This document shows positions 1-12,428 of a stretch of DNA of 64,000 nucleotides, piece by piece. Positions within the stretch are counted from its first letter, which is position 1. Every line of letters starts with the position of its first letter. Position numbers and translations under genes: made by a program. Source of the DNA: Paramecium tetraurelia (taxonomy: Eukaryota); assembly GCA_000165425.1 (NCBI GenBank), contig CT868041.1, positions 372,001-436,000 on the forward strand, in the 5' to 3' direction. The notes under the pieces are model-generated. The model worked only from the letters and a program-made list of their open reading frames with translations. It was not told the DNA's origin and made no database searches.

Positions 1-1186
1 TATTTGTCCCGTTTCATTATTTTAACTATTGAGGCATCAATAACATATTTTCGATCATGCAATAACTTCTGTGTATTTTCTTCAATTTCTTCTTTTTTCT
101 CTATCTTTTACATTTAATTAATCTTAATGTGAGTTTTCTTACTTTCAAATTCATGATTCACTGAATACACTCCTTGGTTTAAAAGTAATATTTTCTCCTT
201 TTCAAGTGGAATCAGATTTCTGATTATTTCATCTTTGGACAATCCACTAAGCTGAATAAAGTCCGAAGCCTTGTAAGATTTCTATTTGTTGAACAAATCT
301 AAAATCATAGCTTAAACAACGGATACTATAAAGATGTACTAATTTATGAATTGTAATTTTTACCTTCTTGAAACCTTTAACAGAGCAATTGCTGCACTCC
401 AACATCCAAAATAAGATCTTCTACTTAAAATCTTATTTTTTATCTTCTTGGAAATATTCTTATTATTCTTTCAAAAAGAATTTTGGAATTTAATCTTATT
501 TTAAAGTCCAAGAATTTTAGGAAATAACAACTAGTTTTACTTCGACTCCCGCATGCTAAAATTGATAACATTTTTTATATTCTTTAAGAACTTCCTCAGC
601 TTTTCTTACATACTAATCTCCACACTATTATTTTAAATTTATTAAGATTTCTGTTTCCAATTCTTAAGAGATGGATAATTCCAAAAGCAATCTTCTTGTC
701 ATTCTCTAAGTGTAAAAGTGTTCAAATATATCTTTAGCTGAAAAATAAGGCATAAGTTGTAATGATTACTTTATCCTCTCTTTAACTTTTTCAAAATCTT
801 TATTTTCTTACTTTTTGATTAGAAGTTAATCAAAATAAGACGATAATTATTCAGACAACCAATTTACTTTAATTTGAATGGCTGATTCAATAGCACTAGA
901 TAAACTTATTTTAATTTTTTCATTACTATTGAAAAGATCTCTAAGTTTTTGCTCATAATACTCTTTTTTGTCAAATATACAAGAGATTGTTTATTATTTA
1001 TCTTCATTATTTATCACTTTAAGCAGATCCTAATATACAGCATCATATCTAAATAAATTATATTATTATATACATCTTCCCCTTCAAAATATTTCCATCT
1101 ATTATTTCATTTAATTCATAAAATATTTTCATGTAAGGCACATTTTCAAGTTAGATTGGGCTATCAGTAAGAATTTTAAAAACCAT
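1..1186 (-). CDS. Hypothetical protein, 3' part runs off the window
   Basis: ATG at 1186 (MVFKILTDSPIQLENVPYMK..) in code 6, followed by a short GT..AG intron; no motif recognised. Confidence 0.55.
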
Positions 1187-1413
1187 TTTATTAAATTCTT
1201 CTCTCAAGGATATACTTAATTAGGTATCATTGAATAATTCAATTATCTTCTCTTCTATCAGATATTATTAATATATTTATTCAATCGAGGTGAACTTAAT
1301 ATAAAAGGGTATTGATTTTTCCAAAATGGTCTATTTAAACTCTTAACAAAATTAGGTGCATTTAATAAATTGTATCAATCATAATAGTTTATCATCAATA
1401 CCACTTTAACGCA

Positions 1414-2370
1414 ATGTTAAAAACGATCTTAGAAATAGAGGCAATACTTTATTTTTGTTTGCGTAAATTTAATCTTAGTATATCTAATTTAGCAGCTTAT
1501 TAATGGATTATGTTTGGAATGACTCAATAGTCTTGAAAATTTAATCCATCAACTTAATTATGTTCTAAATTTATAGGTGCTATTATATGATTTAAGAGCA
1601 ATCTTGAAATACTAGCTTATTTTAAGTATATTATTGAAATTCTTTTATTATTAGATTTAATATTTGTTAATTATTCTGCTCATTTTGCTTCAACTTTTAG
1701 TAATAAAATAAATATGGCTTTGATATAGGATTTTTATTGATTATATTTATCATTAATTAGTGGAATTCTTCAGTGTGGTAATTTTCAGCTATCATTTATT
1801 TTAATTATTTAATAAAATATATTAAATATTTTATTAGTAAATGCTCTAAATTGTCTTGATCACAAATTGAAACTGAATTTGGTATATTAAATAATAGGAT
1901 AAAGAATATGATTTTTTAAAGTTTGATGAAATTTAATGTAAAACTAACAATAAATAATTTTATATTAATATCAATTAAATAATGAAGAGGTAAAAGAAAT
2001 CAACAACAGCAGTTGATATTTACTATTTGGAATGTCTCATTAACAGACTCATACGATCAAACACAAATAATTCCATTCATCCTCAAAATCTAAAACATCA
2101 TGTCGAGACACAACTAAACCTTCCTAAAAGAACTACGTTACGTAAGTATGATAATGAATAAATTTAGATAAATATAAAAAAGTAGTAATTGAAAAAAAAA
2201 TATAAGAAAGTTATTTATTTTAAAAGAAGAAATTGAACGTACATACAAGAACTTTCTATGAGGGCTAAAGCAGAAAATTAAATAAAATAAATATGGATGA
2301 TTAAATAATATTAAATTAGAGAAGAAATTTATTAAGATAGATAAAAAATTAAATGATGTTTAATAGATAA
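1414..2370 (+). CDS. Possible hydrophobic hypothetical protein or decayed gene; model unresolved
   Basis: Coding-like stretches and intron-like GTAA..TAG segments, but no single clean frame found; abuts the gap. Confidence 0.25.
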
Positions 2371-3157
2371 NNNNNNNNNNNNNNNNNNNNNNNNNNNNNN
2401 NNNNNNNNNNNNNNNNNNNNNNNNNNNNNNNNNNNNNNNNNNNNNNNNNNNNNNNNNNNNNNNNNNNNNNNNNNNNNNNNNNNNNNNNNNNNNNNNNNNN
2501 NNNNNNNNNNNNNNNNNNNNNNNNNNNNNNNNNNNNNNNNNNNNNNNNNNNNNNNNNNNNNNNNNNNNNNNNNNNNNNNNNNNNNNNNNNNNNNNNNNNN
2601 NNNNNNNNNNNNNNNNNNNNNNNNNNNNNNNNNNNNNNNNNNNNNNNNNNNNNNNNNNNNNNNNNNNNNNNNNNNNNNNNNNNNNNNNNNNNNNNNNNNN
2701 NNNNNNNNNNNNNNNNNNNNNNNNNNNNNNNNNNNNNNNNNNNNNNNNNNNNNNNNNNNNNNNNNNNNNNNNNNNNNNNNNNNNNNNNNNNNNNNNNNNN
2801 NNNNNNNNNNNNNNNNNNNNNNNNNNNNNNNNNNNNNNNNNNNNNNNNNNNNNNNNNNNNNNNNNNNNNNNNNNNNNNNNNNNNNNNNNNNNNNNNNNNN
2901 NNNNNNNNNNNNNNNNNNNNNNNNNNNNNNNNNNNNNNNNNNNNNNNNNNNNNNNNNNNNNNNNNNNNNNNNNNNNNNNNNNNNNNNNNNNNNNNNNNNN
3001 NNNNNNNNNNNNNNNNNNNNNNNNNNNNNNNNNNNNNNNNNNNNNNNNNNNNNNNNNNNNNNNNNNNNNNNNNNNNNNNNNNNNNNNNNNNNNNNNNNNN
3101 NNNNNNNNNNNNNNNNNNNNNNNNNNNNNNNNNNNNNNNNNNNNNNNNNNNNNNNNN
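2371..3157. other. Assembly gap (N run)
   Basis: Continuous n characters. Confidence 1.
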
Positions 3158-4687
3158 TATCTATGTGACTACAGAAGGAAAAGTCAAAGTAATTTTAGAC
3201 TTCAAATTTAGATAGGAGGATTCATTTTCAGTTAACCCAACCCGATGGGGAATTCCATCAATGTGGATATAGATTTAATCCCTAAACCTTACGATAAATA
3301 ATTATAACTATATCCAGATTTAGCATATATGGCACCAGAATTAACTTTGAATCCATCATTAGGATCGTATTAATCAGATATCTTTTCATTAGGATTGATG
3401 TAAATATTATATAAACTATCGTAGATTATCAGGTTTAATTAGGTTACAATTAACAGGAATGAAAGATTTGATTTTATTCCAGATATCACACATCACCTAA
3501 TATTCATCTAGTTTTGAGTGCCTATTGCCATTTATATAAAAAAGCCCCTTTTTTTCTTAGATTCAAGATCAATCATTAAAAGACCTTATCATTAAGATGC
3601 TTAGTAAAGAATTAAGTTAAAGACCTGCGATTATAGATATCTATCATCATGAATTCTTTTTAGACCCTTTGATTAGGTTGATGCATTCACTTAGATAATT
3701 TCAATAATTCGATGCTGAGTAGTAGGCTGCTTTACTCAAATAAATATCAAAAAGCATTTATAAAGTATATATTTGAAATATTTATGAGTTTGAAAGGTAA
3801 GTAATTGTGAAAAATATATTACCAAATATAATGCCTTTGATAACGAATGAAAAATTGATGCAACACGTAATATTCATCGCTATTGATGTTTCTAAAATGC
3901 CTGATTAAGCAATTTAAGAGAAATATATTGGTTTGTGTTGGAATAATATTAAAAAGGTCTCTGGACTTCCAAGTATGCCTGCTCAAGCCCTTTATTGTTT
4001 GGTTTAAAATATCAAACAATTTTATGAGATAAAACTACCTGACAGTGAAATATAAGCACATCTAGTTCCACTGTATGTTAAATGTTTTGAATCTGACGTG
4101 GCAAAACTATAAGAAGTTGCTCTAAGTCAAACCTAAATGATAATGGAAAAGATAGAATATTAATACACAAAAAATAAGGTATCTAAAATATTAAATTTAA
4201 GATTCTTCCTAGATTACTTCAATTATGCTTGGATTCATCCAATAAGGAGGTTAATCTATTGGCATTATAAGTATTGAGCAAAACATAGCACATATTTGAT
4301 AAAGTTTCTATTTCAGATAATATTTTACCAACATTAGAAAAGTTTAGAAAAATGACAGCCCCTACCAAAATTTAAGCATAATTACTTTTAGAAATCTATA
4401 AATCATTTTTATAACACCTAAACTACGAAGTAAATATTAGTAAAAAATTAGTAAATTGTAACAAGATTGCTTCCTTAATTGTTGCCTTATATAATTGAAT
4501 TGAATATTGGGAAATCATTGATTTAGAAATATTCAGAATTGCTCTAAAGTTTAATTTAGAAAATTGCAGTTGAGAGAATGTCATGTTTACCTGAGGATAC
4601 AGATGAATAATAATAATAGTAGTAATAGTAATAATAGTAATAATAATAGTAGTAATAGTAATAATAATAGTAACAATAATAATAGTA

Positions 4688-4775
<88 letters not shown>

Positions 4776-5403
4776 TAATAATAATCCTCATCATCAAGTT
4801 TATTTTTCTAAAGATAAAGTTCTTTGGAAAAATCAAATCATTTTTAAAGTAGTGAATTGAATTTAGATCAACTTTAACCTGTTTCATAATAGTAAAATAA
4901 ATCAAATAGCAGTCTTTCTCCTATTGTAACAGGCATACCTTAAAATGGAATAAATGAAATATCTTAATTAAATATTTAGCTGAATCCAATATAAATCGGG
5001 TAAGTTTAGTCATAAATATCCCCTTACCCTGCAAACTATCCTCCTTCTTCAATTGGAATACCATAATTTAATTATCAATAATAACCTTTAAACTTTGATT
5101 TTTAAATTCCATTTGAATAATCTATTCCTAAATAGGCTAGTATTCAATCAACCATAAATTTATTTAATTAAGATGATATAAAATAGAAAGATTAATTAAG
5201 ATAGGACTTCAATAATCCTGTCTAATCAAACAATTAATTCATCAACTTTGATAATCCATTTCAACAAAATCAAGATCAACAACCAAAAGGAAATGCTAAT
5301 AAATATAAAGAATTTGATAATATCAATATTTTAGATGAATAAGCTCCTTAAATATAATAACAACCATCACTAATTAATGACATGCAAGCATAATAATAAT
5401 TTG

Positions 5404-5440
<37 letters not shown>

Positions 5441-5525
5441 GGAATAAATAAGTAATGTAAATTAGGAGAAATAAATGAGTATTAACATTAATTTTGATCC
5501 ATTTTAGAACTGGGGGAAATTCTGA
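3158..5525 (+). CDS. SCYL2: SCY1-family (SCYL2-like) pseudokinase with helical repeats and Q/P-rich tail; 5' end in the gap
   Basis: YPDLAYMAPELT..SDIFSLGL kinase-like segment, HEAT-like region (KLQEVAL..ILPRLLQL), several tiny introns, ends ..FDPFQNWGKF-TGA. Confidence 0.75.
4608..4784 (+). repeat. (TAA/TAG/CAA)n coding repeat, 59-Gln tract
   Basis: In frame after GAT GAA within the SCYL2-like gene. Confidence 0.9.
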
Positions 5526-5590
5526 TTGTAATTTAATAATAAATACAATAATATATAATTTATTATTAAATTAACAAATAATAATTATTT

Positions 5591-6885
5591 TCATATTAAA
5601 GTGTGTTTTGTCACTTCATGGAAGGCCTTGGCTACATACTTGATATTACTGTCATTCAATCCAGCAATAGAGATACCTCCATTACTCAACAAATAAATAT
5701 GATATTTCTCCACCAGCTCCTTTATTTACTAAGGTCCAATTCCCTATTAAAATTTATATATATATATACAGTTAATGAGTACATTCCAAATTATTTGGAG
5801 ATGTAAGACCAATCATGAGGGGAACCCAAGTCATTTAAGGCCTTTATAAAGCTTACTCTCATATTTTTAATTCTTTGTGCCATTATTCTTACTTCACCTA
5901 ACCATAATTGATATATTTCTGGGTTGTTAAGTATAGTTTCTGCAATTCGAGCTCCATGAACAGGGGGACAAGACCAAAGAGATCTAGCAATCAAATTAAG
6001 CTATGAGACAACGATTTGCTTCTCTTTTTCATTGGAACAAACTAAACTTAGGCATCCTGTTCTCTAACCAGACAACCCCATGTTTTTATCAAATGACTGG
6101 CCTAATATGATGGGAACTCCTGCTTCTGTAAATAATCTAATGGCTTAAGCATCTTTTTCAAGATCTCCGCTAGTAAAGCCCTAGTAAGTCATATCAAAGA
6201 AAGGCAAAATTTATTTTTTCTTAGTTAAATCTAATATTTGTTTCCATTAGAACAACTCAAGATCACATCCGGTTGGGTTATGGGAACAAGCATGTAGTAA
6301 TACTATGGATCCATTGGGAGCAGAATACAAATCTTCCGATAGCCCTTAGAAATCAACTTGTCTGGTATTTGGATCAAAGTAGCGATACTCCTGGGACTTC
6401 AATCCTGCCATCTAAGCTATGATTGGATGTATATTTTTTGTAGGATTGGGGACATAAACTTTTGTTCCAGAAGGGGCGAACTTATTTAAAAATTCGAACC
6501 CTAGCCTAACAGCTCCTGTTCCACTTAGTACTTAACAACCTGCTATGTTTTTACTATTTTGTGTATAGTAAGCCTCCCCGTATCCAACCTTTATGGCTGC
6601 CTCAATGAACGACTAAAGGCCTTCTATAGGGGGATATTCGTTATCTAATTTTTTTTCTCTAACAATTCGTAGAGCCTAGGTGTTGAATAATAATGTTACT
6701 TATTTAACAGATTCTAGAACAACAGGGTTTCCATTGTTATCCCTATAAGTATTGACTCCTAGATTGACCTTTTAGGGAGAATTATCAGCTTCATATTAGG
6801 CGACTATTCCAGAAATTGGGTCTAATTATCCAAGAGGGACAGAAGACCATAAAGAAAAGTTCCTTACAACTTTGAGACACTGCAT
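5591..6885 (-). CDS. GOT2: Mitochondrial-type aspartate aminotransferase homologue with altered active site
   Basis: [20 protein letters not shown]-terminus, [53 protein letters not shown]; two short introns. Confidence 0.9.
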
Positions 6886-7260
6886 GTGTAAATAATAATG
6901 AGATATTTAATATCTTTTAAAATTTAAACTCAGTTCACTATATCTAGGGGGTATGATGTATGATAATTTTCTATATACAGAAACTTATTTGAAATATTAA
7001 TAATTTTTTACTTCTTTATTTCAATTAAAATTATCTATAATTTAATTATACTTTAAATTTATCTGATTTACCCAGAGAGTTAGGACATAAGTGCTACTAG
7101 AAAAATCAAGCTGTTCAACATTTAAATATTACGATTATACTCTGGATTTTCAAATCTGTTTTTGATTTAAAATATTATCTAATATTTATCTATAATTAAA
7201 TAATAATATAAATTATAAAACTAAAAAATAATAATGTTAGGTATTATAATTTTAAAGTGA

Positions 7261-8788
7261 ATGGAGCTATCAGCTAGTAAGATAACAATAATATTATCAA
7301 AATTATATCTCTTAGCCATATAAAATAGAAAATATTGCTGTTTTATAAAGAGTGCATTATATCCTACGTTTTCACTAAAATAATTCTAATAGCTATTTTA
7401 AACCTTGCATTAGAAGGATAACCAATTAAAACCATTTTTTTGCTATAGACATATTACCCTTGAACAAGGAGGCCAAAAAGAAAATTATTTTTTTATATAT
7501 GACTTAATTATATTAACAAAATAAAATTATTGATCTTAGTGTTTTGAGGTTGATAATGGCTATCTGAAGCTATAATAAAAGGACTAAGAGCTAGTTAAGC
7601 TTAATATTAATAAAGGAAGAATTGCGCTTTTATTCCAGGATTGAAATAATTTTTAGTAGAAACTGGCTATTAAGCATTAAAAAATGTGAAATTAGAATTG
7701 ATTATAAGCTGCAAACCCTTAAATGCCAACTTCAAAATTGAGATAGAGATTGAAAACACAATTAGCAGACGAATTCGAGTATATAGAAGTATAATTCACG
7801 GGAACTCTTACTAAGTAGTTATTCCTTTTAAGGTATGAAATAGAAAGGTAATAATAGGTGTCGTTTTATGATTAATAATTTAGTAAATATAATAGAGGGA
7901 TTGAAGAATAAAATTGATAAAGAGATTCTTCTAAGCAATATTGATCTATTGGGTTGGTTTCCTGAGATGAAAAATATCAAGGTACTAGAGGGAGATGATT
8001 CTAGCAGTTACACAGAGATGTTTTGATTGATATACAATTGGAGTGTATTTTATGAAAATTTTTGAGGAATCTATTGGAAATTTGCATGAGAATAGGACAT
8101 TAATTGATATTCAGAATTTGTTTAGGGAAATGAAAACAGAATAGAATAAATAACTTTGGTTAGGAGATTTTTACTCTTTTTGTGAATCTGAAGTATGGAA
8201 AGGGAATATTATAATAGTTGATGCCAACCTATTAAGAGGCATTATTAGAATTATTATAATTTGAAGCATATTTTAAAACAGTGCAAGTGATTTATAATTC
8301 AATTTGGAATAGAGATCTGAATACGGCTGCTAAGATTATTACAACAACAACAAAATATTTATGTCTTACAATAGGCAATTTGAGCCCTGATTGTGAGAAG
8401 TTATATTTTTATTCAAAGTCCTTGGATGCTCTAAGAGAAGCAGTAAAAGGTTGTGATAATTATAGAAATCTATTGAAGGATGAGCCTTATTCTTTAAAAA
8501 AAGAGGAGTTTAATGTTTGAACTAAGTATTATACAAATATTAAATTAGAACCCTTGATGATATTATGTATGAAGATGGATGCAGAAGATATGCCCTTGCT
8601 TTTGATGGATAGAGATCATATGGAGTATTTTACTGTATAATTTCAAGGTTTTTTATACATATTTGAAATTGAAGGAATAGGAAATCAGAATTATTATCTG
8701 GTTAGCTGAAATGATATCTAGAAGGTTAGCCAAAAACCATCCTGGTTGGAAAACAATATTTATTCCATTTAGCCATTTAGGAAAATGA
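7261..8788 (+). pseudogene. VMA6: V-ATPase V0 subunit d (Vma6/ATP6V0D) pseudogene
   Basis: Recognisable VDNGY..EAIIKGLRAS, LADEFEYI, LGWFPE and FYTYLKLKEQEIRIIIWLAEMI; frameshifts near 7545, 7565 and 8010-8040; in-frame TGA at 8518-8520. Confidence 0.85.
7277..7539 (+). ncRNA. 263-nt long intron containing three hairpins; candidate structured/sno-like RNA
   Basis: GTAAG..TTAG boundaries between the MELSA and (F)EVDNGY coding parts; stems 7309-7352, 7360-7420, 7435-7479. Confidence 0.4.
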
Positions 8789-8989
8789 GGAGTTAAATAT
8801 TTTATATATATTATAATATATATAAAGGGTATTTGATGAATAAAGGCATTGTGTATTAAATAGCATCATTTCTATATTCTGATTAAACAATTTATAAAAG
8901 ATTCAAGGTAAATTAACAGATAGAGTGTGAATTTACACGTGTATTTAGGGATCGTAAAATTATTCTAGAATATTTATTGATTTTTATTA

Positions 8990-11816
8990 ATGATAAAATA
9001 CTTACTCCTTTGCCTTTTAGCTATCATTGCCAATGGAGCCGTATTGGGAATTGATTTCGGATCTGAATTTATCAAGGCAGTTTTGATAAGTCCAGGCAAA
9101 TCTTTCACAATCATTGAGAATACTACAAGCAAACGTAAAACAGAAAATGCTGTATGATCAATTATCTATGCTTAAGATTGCATTCTATAACAAGGAGCGA
9201 TTGTATGAGAGTGATGGTGTTTCTAAGAAATCCAAATCACCTAAGAATACATTTACATTCTTAAACAAATTTTTAGGAGCATTAGCAAATGACCAAAAAT
9301 TAGTAGAAATTTCTAAATAGTCCTATGAAGATTTTAAAATAGAGATTGAAGAGGTAAAGATGCAAATCAAATAATTTTAGAGAGAAGGAACATTTGCCTT
9401 TGAAGTTGATGGTGTAGAGGTAGAAGGAAAGGATACTATGATTGTAAAGGTTGAGGAATTAGCAGGAATGGTTCTTAAATTTATTGCAAAGTTGGTAGAT
9501 TTCAACCATCAAATCTAAATTAAAGATGTTGTATTGACAGTACCAAGTGAATGGAACATAAGTTAGAGATCGTAATTTAATATTAAATATTTTGTATAGA
9601 GCTTTAAAATCAGCCGCTTAATTAGCAGAATTGGAAGTTTTGGGAATCATTAATGAAAATACAGCTGCTGCTTTGTATTATGCCCTTGAACGTTAAGATG
9701 AAAATAAACACACCGCTTTGTTTTATAACATAGGTTCATACAATATTTAAGTGTCTTTGGTGGAATTCTAGGCCATTGATGCTCAAAAGAAAAAGATTGA
9801 AACCTTAAAAGTTCTAGCTGATTATTCTATCTCTAATGCAGGTGGATAATCTTTAGATCTCTTACTAGCAAATCATTTTGCAAGGGAATTCGATAATCAA
9901 CCATCTAGAAAAGGAAAGAAGTCAATATTTACAAATTCAAAAGCAATGAATAAATTATTGAAGGCATCTAATAAATATAAGGAGATTTTATCAGCAAATA
10001 AAGAGACTTAAGTTTATCTGGAAGGTTTGATTGATGGAGAAGATTATACAACATCAATTTAGAGATCAACATTTGAATCCTTATTTGAAGATAGACTCTA
10101 ATAATTAACTGAACCAATTAACTACGTCTTAGAAAAATCCAACAAAACTAAAGAGGATATCAATATTGTTGAATTAATAGGTGGAGGCATCAGAGTTCCT
10201 AAAATCTAATAGGTGTTAGCTAATTACTTTGGAAGTGTAGAAGTTGGAACACATTTAAATGGAGATGAATCTATGGCATTTGGTGCTGCATTCCATGCTG
10301 CTAATCTGTCCCATTCATTCAAAGTTAGACCAGTTTAATTGACTGATGGCTTCAGTTTCAGTAGTTCAATTGAGATTAAAGGAGTGAATGATGATGATTA
10401 TCACAAGGAATTCTCTTTGTTTGGATACAAGAAGAAGTATGGAAGTACTCGTTCTTTAGAATTCACATATGATAAGAATTTAGTATTAGATATCTATGTG
10501 GAAAAAGACGGTTAAAAATCTAAATTAATGTCATATCATTTAAATAATATTACTAATGCCACAGAACTCAATTTCAGTAAGCCAGAAATCTCTCTTACTT
10601 TTAAATCTACTTCAAATGAATTTATTAAATTAGAGAGTGCTGAAATGAAAGTTGAAGAAATCAAACTAATTGAAATTAAACCTAACATTACTGCTACTAA
10701 TACAACATCTTCATAAGAGAATGCTAAATCTTCAAATAAAACTGAATCTAAAGAAAATGAATCAAGTGAAGAAGGTGATCTATCTGAAGAAACAGAAAAG
10801 CAAATTGATGAACCTCAATAAACAGAAGTACCATAAAAAACAGAAGAACCTGTCATTGAAGAACCAAAATTTAAAAAATAAAAAATTATTCACACTTTCG
10901 CCATTAATTACACAACTACTCATCATGTTGTCTTAGGATTAAATCAATAAGAGATTGACGACTCAAAAAAAATTATTAAATAGTTCGAAACTGCTGAAGA
11001 AAATAGCAGAAAACTAAGCGAAATTAAAAATAAATTGGAATCTCTTATATATACAGTCAGAGAAGTCAAAGATGCTGAATATTTCTAAAAAGCATCAACT
11101 GAAACAGAAAGAACTGAAATCTTAAAGACAATAGAAGAACATGCTGAATATCTTGATAGTGATGAGGCATGGACAGCTGACTTTGAAAAATTCAACACCA
11201 AATACACTTAATTGAATAATTTGTAATTCTTATTTCTTATTAGTTAGATTAAAACCAATTTAAGTCAGATTGGATGAGGCTAAGGCTAGACCATAAGCTA
11301 TAAATGAAACAGTGACAAAGTTGAAAGATTTCCATAAGAAGGCAAACGCTCTTAATTCAACAATGCCTTGGATTCCTGAAGAGAAAAAAGCAAAATTCTT
11401 AGGACATCTTACAAATACTACAGATTGGTTGAGATCCAAAGTAGAAGAATAAGAAAAGACAGAATTGCATTAAGATCCAGTATTCTTGATTGAAGATTTG
11501 AAGAAAAAAGTAGATAAAGTGAGTGAAGAATACACAAAATTAAAAGCTATTCCTAAACCAAAAAAAGTATATATTTCATTTAATATTTAAGACTCAAGAA
11601 GAAAAGGATGAAGAGAAAAAGAAGAAGGAAGAAAAGAAACAATAAAGCAAAAAAGGATCTGAATCAGACTCAAAAAAAGAAGAAAGCTAAGAACAATCTA
11701 ATTAAGAAGATGAAAAAGAACAACCATAGAATTAACAACAATAAGAAGACAACTTCTAAGATCAACAGGAAAATCAGACCTAAGGAGATGAAGATCAAAA
11801 AATTGAGGATTTGTGA
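8990..11816 (+). CDS. HYOU1: ER Hsp70-family nucleotide exchange factor GRP170/HYOU1
   Basis: Signal peptide MIKYLLLCLLAIIANG, AVLGIDFGSEFIK, ELIGGGIRVPKIQ, HLNGDESMAFGA, KNKLESLIY; C-terminal IEDL. Confidence 0.93.
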
Positions 11817-12428
11817 TATAGATAATTCAAATATATTATAAATTATTATAAATGGTGTAAATCAAATAAAAAAATATTTCTATGATTTAAAAATCATTAT
11901 AAATAAATATATTTATCAAGATTTGCGGCAGCATTTACTTCAATTATCTGAATGTAGGAGTATTTTAAAAAGTATAACAATCTGTTTTAAAGAATTTCCT
12001 TTAGAATTCAACTAAATTTAGATCTAAATTATGAAGCAAATATTCCATTTGATCTAATATTTTGATCACTATAAAAATAATAAATAAGACACTTAAAAAA
12101 CTAATATGAGCAAAATGATTTGTATCAAAAAGATTCCTTATATCTAATTGATTTTAACCTTTTCGAATATTATTCTAAATCCTAGATGTGAAAGTATTTT
12201 TCGTATAATTTCTGATTATTTTTTATTGATTTAATTTAACTTTAGTATCAAATTATTCATCCAAAAAGTGTTTTGAATGATATTTCAAATTCTTCGAATA
12301 AAATCATATTCTTAATTTGGGAATATTTTATTTTTATTCTATTTATAAATTTCAAAATGAAATTTTTATATGTTTATATTAATTCAAAGATCTTAAAAAG
12401 ATAAAAAAGGAAATTCAAATAATTTCTT

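Noticed and set aside
4423..4905. Poly-I, poly-L and poly-N ORFs in the track (also at 32601-32879 and 38366-38602)
   Set aside because: Off-frame or antisense readings of TAA-encoded polyQ under the wrong genetic code
7064..7157. CCAGAG/CTCTGG inverted repeat in the intergenic region
   Set aside because: Only a short stem with no box motifs; could be chance
7275..7539. Long insert interpreted as a retained IES (TA at both ends)
   Set aside because: Ends match the TAYAGYNR consensus poorly and TA-to-TA excision does not restore the frame; splice-site reading is better, though not fully excluded
8518..8520. In-frame TGA as possible selenocysteine or readthrough
   Set aside because: Accompanied by multiple frameshifts, not at an evident Cys position, and no SECIS seen; pseudogene is simpler
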